Source of the DNA: Bacteroidota bacterium
Lineage (GTDB): Bacteria; Bacteroidota; Ignavibacteria; UBA10030
Direction of reading: 5' to 3'
Assembly (NCBI GenBank): GCA_050013655.1
Contig: JBEKEV010000004.1
Span: forward strand, 88,407-152,406
DNA: 64,000 nt
Part shown: in pieces, positions 10,460-20,680 of the stretch
Numbering within the stretch: the stretch's first letter is position 1
Layout: each line of letters begins with the position of its first letter
Made by a program: the position numbers and the translations under genes
Notes under the pieces: model-generated
Told to the model about the DNA's origin: nothing
Database searches by the model: none
Seen by the model: only the letters and a program-made list of their open reading frames with translations

Positions 10460-11943
10460 CAATACTTCATTCTATCCGAACAAAACTTTCATTGTGGTAT
10501 GCCGCAATTCTTGCCGTCACGCTTCTCGGTTCAGGTGTCATTGCATATGTTGCATCACGATCCTCGCTCCTCGATAATCTGGACTATTCTTTAAAGAACG
10601 AAGTGCAATGGGTGAACGAATTCATCGGACCGCAAGCGAAGAAAGTAAAAATAAAACGCGCCGCACTCAAAGAACTGCAGGAACTCAAGCGGAGCGCCGC
10701 ACAACAGGAAGAACAACCGGAAGTAATTGACACAAGCGCCGGTAAGCGTGCTGAAATTGACGAGATGTGGAACCAAATTTACCAGCATACCTTGCTGAGT
10801 CCGAGGCGCCACTACATTCAGATTCTTGATCGCAACGGCGACTTGCTGTACCGATCTCAAAGTCTGCGCGGACACACAATCAACTATAACGAAATTCCAT
10901 ATCAATGGATCAACGTCGTTAGTACGAAAGGCCCGGACAACCAGGATATTCGTCTCGCGTTGACACAAAACGACTATGTCAAGATTTTTGTCGCGTACCC
11001 GCTGGAACCGGTGTACGAAGTAACGGACAGTGTCTTCTACAACTTCCTCTTCATCACGCCATTGGCATTATTGATCTCTGTTATCGGCGGATGGTTTCTG
11101 GCGCACAAATCGCTTAAGCCCGTGGATGAACTGACGAAGACCGCTAAAGAAATTACTGCGCAAAATCTTAGCCGCCGACTTCCAACACACCGCGTCAATG
11201 ACGAACTTGGACGGCTCACAGAACAATTCAACGATATGATCAGCCGCTTGCAGGCGTCATTCGTGCAAATTCAGCAATTCTCCGCAGATGCATCGCACGA
11301 GTTACGGACGCCGCTCACTATTATGCGCGGTGAAATTGAAGTCGCGCTGCGCAACCAACGAATGTCCAAACAAGCACGCGAACTTTTCATGAGCATGAAC
11401 GATGAATTGGTCCGGCTCTCCTCGATCGTTGAAAGTCTGATGATCCTGGTAAAATCGGATACCGGGCGATTGGTATTCAACATGCAGCCGGTCGCGATGG
11501 ATGAATTCATCCACCAACTCTTTGAAGAGGCACAAGTACTTGCTGAAACAAAAAAGATCAAGGTAAAGTTAGAACACTCCGAGGAGTTGAACATCAAAGG
11601 CGATGCCGCACGTTTGAAGCAGCTTTTCTTGAATCTTATCGATAACGCCATCAAATACACACAACCGCACGGAGTTGTGACACTCTCGCTTGCGAAGGAG
11701 GATGGAAACGCATTAATAATGGTGAAAGATAACGGTATGGGTATCCCGCGAAAGGATCAAAGCAAAATATTTAAGCGATTTTATCGCGTAGAGCGAAGCT
11801 CCGGAAACGTTGAAAACACCTCCGGCAGCGGGCTCGGTCTCCCTATCGCCAAATGGATCGCAGAAGCGCATAATGGCTCAATCGAAGTAAAAAGTAGAGA
11901 AGGCAAGGGAAGTACATTCACCATCCGGTTACCAATTCTGTAG
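10456..11943 (+). CDS. Sensor histidine kinase (TM, periplasmic domain, HAMP, HisKA, HATPase)
   Basis: H-box SHELRTPLT, an N box and G boxes (DNAIKYT, GSGLGLPI); 4-nt overlap with the regulator gene. Confidence 0.85.
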   Translation: MTILHSIRTKLSLWYAAILAVTLLGSGVIAYVASRSSLLDNLDYSLKNEVQWVNEFIGPQAKKVKIKRAALKELQELKRSAAQQEEQPEVIDTSAGKRAEIDEMWNQIYQHTLLSPRRHYIQILDRNGDLLYRSQSLRGHTINYNEIPYQWINVVSTKGPDNQDIRLALTQNDYVKIFVAYPLEPVYEVTDSVFYNFLFITPLALLISVIGGWFLAHKSLKPVDELTKTAKEITAQNLSRRLPTHRVNDELGRLTEQFNDMISRLQASFVQIQQFSADASHELRTPLTIMRGEIEVALRNQRMSKQARELFMSMNDELVRLSSIVESLMILVKSDTGRLVFNMQPVAMDEFIHQLFEEAQVLAETKKIKVKLEHSEELNIKGDAARLKQLFLNLIDNAIKYTQPHGVVTLSLAKEDGNALIMVKDNGMGIPRKDQSKIFKRFYRVERSSGNVENTSGSGLGLPIAKWIAEAHNGSIEVKSREGKGSTFTIRLPIL

Positions 11944-11994
11944 AGCGTATTATCGCCAATTTTTGTCAGGAAAGAAAAAAGAGCTTTCTCAGTA

Positions 11995-12471
11995 TCATCG
12001 ATTTTTCTGTCGAAGCGCTTTGAGAACAACCAGCGGCACAAACTTGCTCACATCGCCGCCCAGCCGCGCAATTTCTCGAACGACATTGGAACTGAGATAG
12101 GTGTATTTTTCGGTGGGCATGAGAAAGATGGTCTCCATCTTCTCATCTAACTTCCGGTTCATCAGCGCCATCTGCAATTCGTACTCGAAGTCTGTCATTG
12201 CTCGCAGTCCGCGAACGACGGCAATGGCTTTTTTTTGCCGTACGTAATCCACTAAGAGTCCCTGAAAAGAATCGACCTCTACATTCTTGTAACGTTTCGT
12301 CACTTGTCGGAGAAGCATGATGCGCTCTTCTTCCGTGAAGAACGGATTCTTCGTCGTATTCCGGGCGACAGTAATAATGACACTGTCGAAGAGCTTGAGC
12401 GCGCGTTCAAGAATATCTAAGTGCCCGTTTGTTACGGGATCGAATGTTCCGGGGTAGATGGCAATTTTCAT
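11995..12471 (-). CDS. coaD: Phosphopantetheine adenylyltransferase
   Basis: MKIAIYPGTFDPVTNGHLDI. The start is moved to this Met, giving 159 aa. Confidence 0.9.
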   Translation of the reverse strand: MKIAIYPGTFDPVTNGHLDILERALKLFDSVIITVARNTTKNPFFTEEERIMLLRQVTKRYKNVEVDSFQGLLVDYVRQKKAIAVVRGLRAMTDFEYELQMALMNRKLDEKMETIFLMPTEKYTYLSSNVVREIARLGGDVSKFVPLVVLKALRQKNR

Positions 12472-12472
12472 C

Positions 12473-13042
12473 TCACGTCCTTGGATGTCTGGGTGGAACA
12501 AGAGCTTTCAGAATCAACACGGTTGTTTGACCGAACGGTTTTTTGAGAATCTCATACTTTTGTTCATCCAATTCTATCATGGATTCGCGGCTATGTTCCA
12601 TCACGACGTAGGAACCATGACGCACCGCTCCCGAATCATAAATAGCATTCGGCAACAAACCGATGTTTTCCAACTTATACGGCGGATCCGCAAAAACAAG
12701 ATCGTAAGCCCGCTTCATATTTTTCAGATACCAAAATACATCCGCTTGATACACTGAACATTGCGATTCGCATCCGAGCGATGCAGCATTCTTTTCAAGC
12801 ACCTCCAATGATTTTCTTGATTTGTCGATGAACGTGACACTCTTGATGCCGCGACTGATCGCTTCCAAACCGAGGCTGCCGCTGCCAGCAAATAAATCAA
12901 GCGCTTCCAGATCATCAAAAACGATACGGTTTGTGAGAATGTCAAAGATCGTTTGCTTCGCGCGATCCGTTGTTGGACGAACAGATAGATCAGGTACCGA
13001 TTCCAATAAGCGGCCGCGAAAGTCACCGGCGATAATTCTCAT
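12473..13042 (-). CDS. rsmD: 16S rRNA (guanine966-N2)-methyltransferase RsmD
   Basis: DLFAGSGSLGLEA and FADPPY motifs; the conserved rsmD-coaD gene pair. Confidence 0.85.
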   Translation of the reverse strand: MRIIAGDFRGRLLESVPDLSVRPTTDRAKQTIFDILTNRIVFDDLEALDLFAGSGSLGLEAISRGIKSVTFIDKSRKSLEVLEKNAASLGCESQCSVYQADVFWYLKNMKRAYDLVFADPPYKLENIGLLPNAIYDSGAVRHGSYVVMEHSRESMIELDEQKYEILKKPFGQTTVLILKALVPPRHPRT

Positions 13043-13959
13043 TTCGTGCGCAATGCCAGACCGATCGCCGCAGAGAATCGGTAGCCCTCTTTTATAAACG
13101 ATGGATTGAGATTTTTTGCGGCAACAAGTTTGCGAAATGGGTTAAGCGCTAACGTTTGTCTAATCTCGGTTGTTGTCCGGAGTGACACAACCAAACTTTT
13201 TGTAACATCAATCCCATGCAGAAGTAAGGCTGCCGGCGTGCTATTATCTTTTTGCTTCAGATATTTTAAGTATTGCAAAATGTATTTATCTGGATATGGT
13301 TCACCGTTATAGAGGAACGATCGATAATCTGTCATCTGCCCGTTATGAATGAGACTTGCATCAATACCGCTTTTACGAAGCCCAATGAGTACAATATCGT
13401 ATTCAAGTATTTCGGGGTAGTTTGTGATGAGAGTCTTTTCCGTGCTGAATTGATCAATATCGATAATGTTCAGTTTCATTTTCAGTCCGACCACTGCTTT
13501 CTGTAAGAAAGCTACCATTCCGCGCCGCACCGCGACCATAAATGTTTGCTGGGCTCCGGCGTTTTCAAGTGGTAATCCATGTGAGTCAATAATAAATTCT
13601 CTTGGTGATGCATGCGGAAAGTACTGATCCACTTCCCATTGAAGATATTGAGAGAGATCCTTGCCGTTCAGGCCGGGTTCCACAGGAATGATATTAATAT
13701 AAAGCGGATCAGGCGGCAGCGCAAACGAAACAGATTCCGTCGAGACCTTATGCTGCTTCATCATTTCTTTCAACTCTCTCACAAACATACTCAACTGCGG
13801 GTGATCCGCCGAGATGGTTGCAGCCGTGCGAGTAAAATCTATGGTCGTATCACGTTCAGCCAATACGGTGACGATTGACTTCTTCTTTTTATGCTCGACC
13901 TCAGCTAATTGGATCTTTCCTCTGAGGAACGAAAAGCCGACATAATAAGTTGATTTCAT
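13039..13959 (-). CDS. PilM-like actin-fold protein (type IV pilus/competence assembly family)
   Basis: N-terminal VGFSF...IQLAEV resembles the PilM LGLDIG start. EVDQYFP matches the PilM EAEQYIPF region, and the C-terminal AIGLALR is a PilM-type ending. Confidence 0.45.
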   Translation of the reverse strand: MKSTYYVGFSFLRGKIQLAEVEHKKKKSIVTVLAERDTTIDFTRTAATISADHPQLSMFVRELKEMMKQHKVSTESVSFALPPDPLYINIIPVEPGLNGKDLSQYLQWEVDQYFPHASPREFIIDSHGLPLENAGAQQTFMVAVRRGMVAFLQKAVVGLKMKLNIIDIDQFSTEKTLITNYPEILEYDIVLIGLRKSGIDASLIHNGQMTDYRSFLYNGEPYPDKYILQYLKYLKQKDNSTPAALLLHGIDVTKSLVVSLRTTTEIRQTLALNPFRKLVAAKNLNPSFIKEGYRFSAAIGLALRTK

Positions 13960-13985
13960 GTGTGGAATCTCTCGATGGGTGGTGG

Positions 13986-14414
13986 CTATTGAGTTGTAAT
14001 CATAGGACTGAGACGTTCCAATTTATTTTTACTTATTCCTTTAATAGCGCGAAGATCTTCGATTGTGGTAAATTTTCCTGTCTCTTTGCGATACTTCAGA
14101 ATATGTTCCGCTGTCACTTTGCCGATTCCCGGCAAATCCATCAGTTGTTGCTCTGTCGCCGTATTGATATTGAGCTTTCCGGATTCTTCTCCGGTCTTCA
14201 TGCTTGTCGGAATAACACTCACACTGTCTTCCGGCGCCGCGCTGAGTACGGCAAATGTGCTATCTGATGCGCGATAATCAAACTGCGGTAAAGCCGGAAA
14301 TGTTGCCTGATATAAACGAATAGCCGCACCAAGAATCATCGTTGTTACCAAAAACAGAATCACATTCCGTTCAGTTTTCGTTAATGCCAACCATTCCACA
14401 ATACGTTTCAACAT
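13986..14414 (-). CDS. comEA: ComEA-family DNA-binding competence protein (helix-hairpin-helix)
   Basis: KLNINTATEQQLMDLPGIGKVTAEHILKYRKETGKFTTIEDL. Confidence 0.85.
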   Translation of the reverse strand: MLKRIVEWLALTKTERNVILFLVTTMILGAAIRLYQATFPALPQFDYRASDSTFAVLSAAPEDSVSVIPTSMKTGEESGKLNINTATEQQLMDLPGIGKVTAEHILKYRKETGKFTTIEDLRAIKGISKNKLERLSPMITTQ

Positions 14415-14420
14415 ATCCGA

Positions 14421-15602
14421 TCAAGAAAAAACATCTTTCACTTTATCGAAAAAAGACCGGTCGGTGTTGAGACGATCTTCTTCGCTCGGGTTCACATGCT
14501 CGCACGTCGAAAGGTCGCGCAGCAATTCTTTTTCTTTCGCATTGAGTTTTGCAGGCACCCATACATTCACACGCACAAGTTCATCACCGCGGCCGTAGTT
14601 ATTCAAATGTGGAATACCACGCTCGCGCATTCGAAGCATTCTGCCTCCTGGTGTTCCGGAATCAATGGCAAGCTTTGCTTTCCCTGTAAGCGTCGGAATT
14701 TCCACATCGCCGCCAAGCGCTGCTGTCGGGTAACTGATCCATAATTCATAGATGATATCATCGCCATTGCGCTTGAAGTGTTGATGCGGTTCTTCTTCGA
14801 TAACAACAATGAGATCACCGGCGGGGCCACCGCGACGCCCAGCATTCCCTTGACCTTGAAGAGGAATATAGTTTCCTTCCGTCACACCGGCGGGCACGTT
14901 CACCTTAATAGTCGATTCACCTTGTACGCGTCCTTCACCATGACAACTTAAACATGGATCTTTTACAATGCGTCCTTCGCCTTCGCAGGAGGGACATGTC
15001 GTGATATTGACAAACTGGCCGAACATAGAACGCGATACCTGCCGCAGTTCACCACTGCCGCCGCACTGAGGGCAGGTCGATTTGCCGCTGGATGTCTTTG
15101 CTCCGCTTCCACTGCATATATCGCATTTCTTCTGACGCTTCACCTTAATCTTCTTTTCAACACCGCCGGCGATTTCTTCCAATGTCAAAGAAAGGCGCAC
15201 ACGCAAGTCTGAACCCGGTTGCCCATGTTGTGCAGAAGAACGCCGCCGAGATCGTTGACCGCCGGTGAACATTTCGTCGAAGATTGAACCGCCAAAGCCT
15301 CCTGAAAAAACATCACTAAAGGTGCTAAAAATATCATTGATGTCATGGAAGTCATGGTAATTCGTACCGCGCAGACCTTCATGTCCATACTGGTCGTAGC
15401 GTTGTTTCTTTTCAGGGTCGCCTAACACTTCGTATGCTTCTGCCGCTTCCTTGAATTTCTCTTCCGCTTCTTTATTTCCGGCATTGCGGTCAGGATGGTG
15501 CTTCATAGCCATCTGCCGATACGCTTTTTTAATTTCCTCTTGTGTTGCACTGCGATCAACTCCCAATATTTCGTAAAAATCTCTTTTTGCCATCGTCTTC
15601 AC
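14421..15602 (-). CDS. dnaJ: Molecular chaperone DnaJ
   Basis: J domain (DFYEILGV...HPDRN), a G/F region, and four CxxCxGxG zinc-finger repeats. The true start is probably the MAKRDFY Met at 15593. Confidence 0.95.
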   Translation of the reverse strand: MKTMAKRDFYEILGVDRSATQEEIKKAYRQMAMKHHPDRNAGNKEAEEKFKEAAEAYEVLGDPEKKQRYDQYGHEGLRGTNYHDFHDINDIFSTFSDVFSGGFGGSIFDEMFTGGQRSRRRSSAQHGQPGSDLRVRLSLTLEEIAGGVEKKIKVKRQKKCDICSGSGAKTSSGKSTCPQCGGSGELRQVSRSMFGQFVNITTCPSCEGEGRIVKDPCLSCHGEGRVQGESTIKVNVPAGVTEGNYIPLQGQGNAGRRGGPAGDLIVVIEEEPHQHFKRNGDDIIYELWISYPTAALGGDVEIPTLTGKAKLAIDSGTPGGRMLRMRERGIPHLNNYGRGDELVRVNVWVPAKLNAKEKELLRDLSTCEHVNPSEEDRLNTDRSFFDKVKDVFS

Positions 15603-16238
15603 TTATTTTCCAGAAGTGCCGGTTGATGTTTCTGTTTGATCGGTTCCGCTTGGCGACTCATCTGGAGTGGACGAAACAACCACCTTTGCATGGCGAATGA
15701 CTTTATCGTTCAGTGTATATCCCTTTTCAACTTCTTCAAGAATCGTATAATGCGGTACATCGCTGCGCGGAATTTGCATCAGTGCGTCATGATACTCAAC
15801 GTTAAATTCTTTTCCCACTGTATCGAATGGTTTGACACCGCGTCTTTCCAGCACCTTCACGAGTTTCTGATAAATCAGCTCAATGCCTTTCACCAGTGCT
15901 TCGTTATCTTTGCTTTCTTTCCTGTGTTTCAGTGAGCGTTCAAAATCATCAAGCACCGGCAGCAAATCCTCAATCAATGATTCTGTTGCATATTTAAGAA
16001 AGTTTGCTGTTTCACTTTCACTGCGGCGCTTGTAGTTATCGAACTCCGCTGCTTTCCGCAACAATAAATCTTTATACTGGTCAAATTGTTTCTGAAGCTC
16101 CTCCATCTGGAGAGCTGATTCGGTCGCCTCCGGTAATTCAGGTGGAACACCCATTTCTGGTCTTAACTCTTCTCCTGTTCCGTTGTTTTTATTTTCCAAT
16201 TCGTTTTCTGCCATAATTCCTTTGAAAATATTGTACAA
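15603..16238 (-). CDS. grpE: Nucleotide exchange factor GrpE
   Basis: GrpE-type coiled coil plus C-terminal beta domain, placed between hrcA and dnaJ. Confidence 0.85.
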   Translation of the reverse strand: MYNIFKGIMAENELENKNNGTGEELRPEMGVPPELPEATESALQMEELQKQFDQYKDLLLRKAAEFDNYKRRSESETANFLKYATESLIEDLLPVLDDFERSLKHRKESKDNEALVKGIELIYQKLVKVLERRGVKPFDTVGKEFNVEYHDALMQIPRSDVPHYTILEEVEKGYTLNDKVIRHAKVVVSSTPDESPSGTDQTETSTGTSGK

Positions 16239-16261
16239 TCAAATGTGCAATATTCTTTTTT

Positions 16262-17311
16262 CTATGCACTTAACATTTTTGCAATTGTCTGGGCAACATA
16301 ATCCACCAAGGGAATAACTTTGCTATAATTCATACGCGTCGGACCGATTACGCCGACACGCCCCGTCACTCCCTCGACATCGTATATTGCCGTTACAAAG
16401 CTGTATTCTTTTGTTGTCTCGTCTTTATTCTCTGTTCCAATCGTTACCACAAAACCTTTTTGAAGTTCGTCATGCTTCTCCAAAAGGTGAACAATAATAT
16501 CTTCGTTTTCGATCAGTTCGATCACGGAACGAAAATTCTTCGGGTCTATGAATTCCGGATGCTCAATGATATTCTTTGTACCGCCGATCAGGACCTTGTC
16601 GCGTTCTTTGGAATCGGTGAACAGTTGATCGACTGATTCGATAAAGAGGCGTATCAGTCCGGTCTGTTCACTCTGCATGTCCCGAACCCGGTCCACAAAT
16701 GAATCGCGAATTTCATGAAGTGTTAATCCTGATAACCGTTCATTCAATAAATGGCCGACCTGATCGAGGTGATCTCTCCGGACTTCAACTCCTATCTCCA
16801 TCATAATCGTGCGCACTATTCCCGTACGAATGGAAATCACGACGAGCAGCTTGGAACTCGCGATCGGAATAAGTTCGATCTTTTCAAATACACCGCTGCT
16901 GAGATGCGGTGATGTTACAATACTGAGTTGATGTGAAATCTTGCCGAGCAGCTTCGAGGTCTCGCGCAGCATTTCATCGGCATCGTTTGTTTGATCCAGC
17001 TGTTGATGAATCCGCAATTTTTCATCATCGCCAAGTTGCTGCATTTCCATCAGATAATCAATATAAAATCTATACCCCAGATCGGTTGGCACCCTGCCTG
17101 CGGATGTATGCGGATGAGACAAAAAACCCAGTTCTTCGAGGTCTGCCATGACATTACGGATAGATGCAGCGCTCAAGCTGGATTCAAAATGCTTGGAGAT
17201 ATACCGCGAACCCACCGGAATAGCCGTTTGAATATAGTTATACACTACATGGTGCAGAATGCTCTGTTCACGTTCATTTAACGTTTGGTTCTTATCGGGT
17301 GCTTCTCCCAT
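16262..17311 (-). CDS. hrcA: Heat-inducible transcription repressor HrcA
   Basis: N-terminal winged HTH (LNEREQSILHHVVYNYIQTAIPVGSRYISK) and a CIRCE element upstream. Confidence 0.9.
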   Translation of the reverse strand: MGEAPDKNQTLNEREQSILHHVVYNYIQTAIPVGSRYISKHFESSLSAASIRNVMADLEELGFLSHPHTSAGRVPTDLGYRFYIDYLMEMQQLGDDEKLRIHQQLDQTNDADEMLRETSKLLGKISHQLSIVTSPHLSSGVFEKIELIPIASSKLLVVISIRTGIVRTIMMEIGVEVRRDHLDQVGHLLNERLSGLTLHEIRDSFVDRVRDMQSEQTGLIRLFIESVDQLFTDSKERDKVLIGGTKNIIEHPEFIDPKNFRSVIELIENEDIIVHLLEKHDELQKGFVVTIGTENKDETTKEYSFVTAIYDVEGVTGRVGVIGPTRMNYSKVIPLVDYVAQTIAKMLSA

Positions 17312-17365
17312 ACTACTTCTTTATCTCCAATACAAAATTAACCATTAAACGCTCCGTTGTCAAGG

Positions 17366-17392
17366 TAAGCACTCAATGAGTATGAGTGCTCA
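17366..17392 (-). promoter_or_regulatory. CIRCE operator (HrcA binding site) upstream of hrcA
   Basis: TAAGCACTC-aatgagtat-GAGTGCTCA matches the CIRCE consensus TTAGCACTC-N9-GAGTGCTAA. On the minus strand it is followed directly by TTGACA-N17-TAATTT. Confidence 0.85.
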
Positions 17393-17475
17393 GAAATATG
17401 TATCGAAATTTAAAAAAATGCAGCAGCGCCTAGGAAATTGCATCGCCCCACATTTCTCCTTATCTTATCGTCGGA

Positions 17476-18591
17476 ATGAAAGCAAAACTCATACTCGAAA
17501 ACGGCACAATCTTCACAGGAGAGTCATTCGGTGCAAGCAATGAGACAACCGGTGAAGTTGTATTCAATACCAGCATCACTGGCTACCAAGAAATTCTGAC
17601 AGATCCTTCCTACAACGGACAAATCGTGACAATGACTTATCCGCTTATCGGGAACTATGGTGTTAATGGCGATGATCTCGAATCAGTCAAACCGCAAGTT
17701 GCAGGGTTTATTGTAAAGGAATATAGCACTTTCCCGAGCAATTTCCGCTCGACGGAAAGCCTTGGCGATTGGTTGGCAAAACATAACATTACCGGCATTC
17801 AAGGAATCGACACACGGATGTTGACGAAAATGATCCGTTCTGTGGGAGCAATGCGTGGAATAATTTCTACAGAAGATTTAGACGATAAGAGCTTGCTTGC
17901 CAAAGTAAAAAAATCGCCGCACATGGCTGGTCTCGACCTCGCAAGCCGTGTCACCACAGACAAATCTTATACATGGAATAAAATCGATACCACACCATTC
18001 GCGCTTCCAGCAATAAATTCCAGCGGCAAGAAGTGGAATGTCGTCGTTTATGATTATGGTGTCAAACGAAATATTCTTCGACGATTGACTTCCTACGGAT
18101 GCAACCTCACTGTTTTACCTGCACAAACTCCCGCAGATGAATTATTGAAGATGAATCCGGATGGCATATTCCTTTCCAACGGTCCCGGCGATCCGGCAGC
18201 GGTAACATATGCCATTGAGAATATCAAGAAACTCATTGGGAAGAAACCCATTTTCGGAATTTGCCTTGGCCACCAATTGCTGGCGTTAGCATTAGGAGGG
18301 AAAACATTCAAGTTAAAATTTGGCCATCGCGGCGCAAACCACCCTGTAAAGAATTTAAAGACTGGATCGATTGAAATTACATCGCAGAACCACGGTTTTG
18401 CGGTCGATCCTGATTCGCTGGATCCTAGGTCTATCGAAATTACACATACCAACCTAAACGACAACACAAATGAGGGATTCTGTCATCGTTCTTTGCCGAT
18501 CTTCTCGGTACAATATCATCCGGAAGCTTCTCCTGGTCCCCACGACAGCGATTACCTTTTCGCGCGATTTATAGAAATACTGCAACGATAA
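17476..18591 (+). CDS. carA: Carbamoyl-phosphate synthase small (glutamine amidotransferase) subunit
   Basis: CPSase small-chain N-terminal domain plus a class I GATase domain ([12 protein letters not shown]). Confidence 0.9.
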   Translation: MKAKLILENGTIFTGESFGASNETTGEVVFNTSITGYQEILTDPSYNGQIVTMTYPLIGNYGVNGDDLESVKPQVAGFIVKEYSTFPSNFRSTESLGDWLAKHNITGIQGIDTRMLTKMIRSVGAMRGIISTEDLDDKSLLAKVKKSPHMAGLDLASRVTTDKSYTWNKIDTTPFALPAINSSGKKWNVVVYDYGVKRNILRRLTSYGCNLTVLPAQTPADELLKMNPDGIFLSNGPGDPAAVTYAIENIKKLIGKKPIFGICLGHQLLALALGGKTFKLKFGHRGANHPVKNLKTGSIEITSQNHGFAVDPDSLDPRSIEITHTNLNDNTNEGFCHRSLPIFSVQYHPEASPGPHDSDYLFARFIEILQR

Positions 18592-18810
18592 TAGCACTAT
18601 ACGTTAGGTTTCACTGACCTTTTAGTTCTAGTGGTGCATCCATTTCTCCCAAATGAAGAATCAGGAATATTGATTTTAGTCACAACAATAGAAAAAACAA
18701 TGAAACACTGTTGTAAGTTTTGTTCTTTTTATATAGTTTCATATAAATAATTTTATATTCGCAAGTAACATAATTTACTAATCACATCACAATCAACTTT
18801 CGGAGGTTAT

Positions 18811-19383
18811 ATGCAAAAGATATTATCACTGGTGCTCATTGTACTGTTGGTCACTTTCGCCGGGTGTAAAAAAGACTCCAGCAGTAGTCCCACAAATCCA
18901 ATTACTCCAGCCAGCAATCTCTACGGTTCTGGATCGTTATCATTCACTGCAGGCTCGCTCGGGAATCTTAGTTTTAGCGGATCATGGACCGGCGCTTCTG
19001 TCGGAAGCACTGGTACCGCAGTGGAAGCGTTGACCGGAAAAAGCGGCTCGGATTATGGTGCGATTATTTATGGATATACTTGGCATAGCTCTACCAGTTG
19101 GGATAATGCTATGGTTGATATCGCGACCACTGGAACTCCAATAACTACCGGTACCTACACAACCAACGACGGACTTACATTCTTGTTTACAAAAGGAAGC
19201 ACATCAAACACCGATTATTCGAACGAGTACATGCTGACAACTGGTTCATGTCAATTAACGAGTTATTCTTCAAGCGGGATGAAAGGAACATTCAGTGGTA
19301 CTGCAACGAAATTATCAGACCAAACTACGGTTTCCATCACAACTGGTTCTTTTGATGTAACATTTGGAACCACAGGAATGTAA
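18811..19383 (+). CDS. Ser/Thr/Gly-rich lipoprotein, hypothetical
   Basis: Signal peptide with a lipobox (LVTFAGC) and a low-complexity S/T/G-rich body; a very AT-rich upstream region lies at 18650-18810. Confidence 0.55.
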   Translation: MQKILSLVLIVLLVTFAGCKKDSSSSPTNPITPASNLYGSGSLSFTAGSLGNLSFSGSWTGASVGSTGTAVEALTGKSGSDYGAIIYGYTWHSSTSWDNAMVDIATTGTPITTGTYTTNDGLTFLFTKGSTSNTDYSNEYMLTTGSCQLTSYSSSGMKGTFSGTATKLSDQTTVSITTGSFDVTFGTTGM

Positions 19384-19419
19384 AAAAACCAAACTGTTTA
19401 TAATTTTCTTTTTGAAAAA

Positions 19420-19454
19420 CACCAACGCTCAAAATGAACGATGGTGTTTTTTTT
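19420..19454 (+). terminator. Intrinsic terminator after the 18811-19383 lipoprotein gene
   Basis: CACCAACG-loop-CGATGGTG (8 bp stem, one mismatch) followed by T8. Confidence 0.5.
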
Positions 19455-19729
19455 AGGTGAGAATTGAGTGAAATAACCAGGACATAATTTTAGAAAAACC
19501 TTTATAATAATGAGCCGGATGTGAAAGCACCCAGCTTTTTTTATTGTACACATTCTAACACTCTACTCACTGCTTTGAAATCATTGGAGACGGGATAATC
19601 CGAAGTTATCGAGCAGAATGGAAAGCAGATCAATCCGGACAAGAATGGTATTATCAAGCAGACGGTATAACAATCATCACCCACAATACTTGGGTCAAGA
19701 GCTAACGTGTCAAAATATTGAATTTTAGA

Positions 19730-19759
19730 GGTCGGATGCTTCGGTGTCTGACCTTTTTT
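19730..19759 (+). terminator. Plus-strand hairpin with a T-run at the end of an ORF-free stretch
   Basis: GGTCGGAtgcttcggtgTCTGACC followed by TTTTTTA. The minus-strand reading of the same hairpin lacks a U-run. Confidence 0.45.
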
Positions 19760-20372
19760 ATTTCTCTAATCTCTTAAAAATCACATAGAGGTCGCCATAT
19801 TTGATGGGTTTTGTATATCCATTGATGGCGAGATCCTCTATGGACTTGTATATATTCTCCGGATACATGTTAATATTTACTTCTCCAAGAATTCCTTTCA
19901 TTTCACGCGACGGATCGACAGAATACCGCATTGCCAACTCACCAAAATCATGTCCATGCTCTATCGCTTCATAAACCGAATCAGATTCTTCCGGTGTAGT
20001 ACACAATATTTCTGCAAGATTCATAATTTGTAATTTCGCATAGCGTACTTTAGTTCGCAGGTGAAACCATGTACTGATCGGTTGGTTCTCTGTGCGGGCA
20101 GGAGTAAAACGCCACTGCTTAATTGATGCTATAGCAAGTGAATCCCACGAAGCATCGTCGCTGCCTTTGAGAAGCCGGGCTTTACTCACTGATCCATCTT
20201 CCAGTATAAACAGCACTACATCTAAATCGAAAGATAATCGGGAGAATGATTCTGGAATCGGGGGAAGCGGGTGCTTCAAGAGCAACTGTGGAACCGATCC
20301 ATCTGAAGTCTGCTCCATCGACGAACAACCTACAAAGCACACAATGCAGAGTAAAAATATCGCGAGTCTCAT
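19758..20372 (-). CDS. Lipoprotein with a TonB-C-like domain fused to a PpiC/parvulin-type peptidyl-prolyl isomerase domain
   Basis: Lipobox FVGCSS. DLDVVLFILEDGSVSKARLLKGSDDASWDSLAIASIKQWRFTPA matches the TonB_C pattern. The C-terminus (FGELAMRYSVDPS..GILGEV..GDLYVIF) matches the rotamase pattern. Confidence 0.5.
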   Translation of the reverse strand: MRLAIFLLCIVCFVGCSSMEQTSDGSVPQLLLKHPLPPIPESFSRLSFDLDVVLFILEDGSVSKARLLKGSDDASWDSLAIASIKQWRFTPARTENQPISTWFHLRTKVRYAKLQIMNLAEILCTTPEESDSVYEAIEHGHDFGELAMRYSVDPSREMKGILGEVNINMYPENIYKSIEDLAINGYTKPIKYGDLYVIFKRLEK

Positions 20373-20680
20373 GATATACCTCCTATAGTAATTGTGTTGA
20401 AATTAAAATAATAACTTTACGATATAAATTTCTTGGATCACCTAAAAATATTGTACTCAGTTTTCCTTAAAATCTCAAGAAATATTCGGTACGATAAACC
20501 GGATATCACCGGTTTAAGTTGTTAGCACGTAAATAATAAAAATGGATATTTTTATTATGAACTCCTTATGCAATTTGTAATGTACTCTTGTGCTTTCCTG
20601 ACAGTGACGACTTGAGAGCATTAGCAGGAATAATACTCAGTTTTTTATCCGTCGTACATGAGGTTTTGTGCTTATGAATA

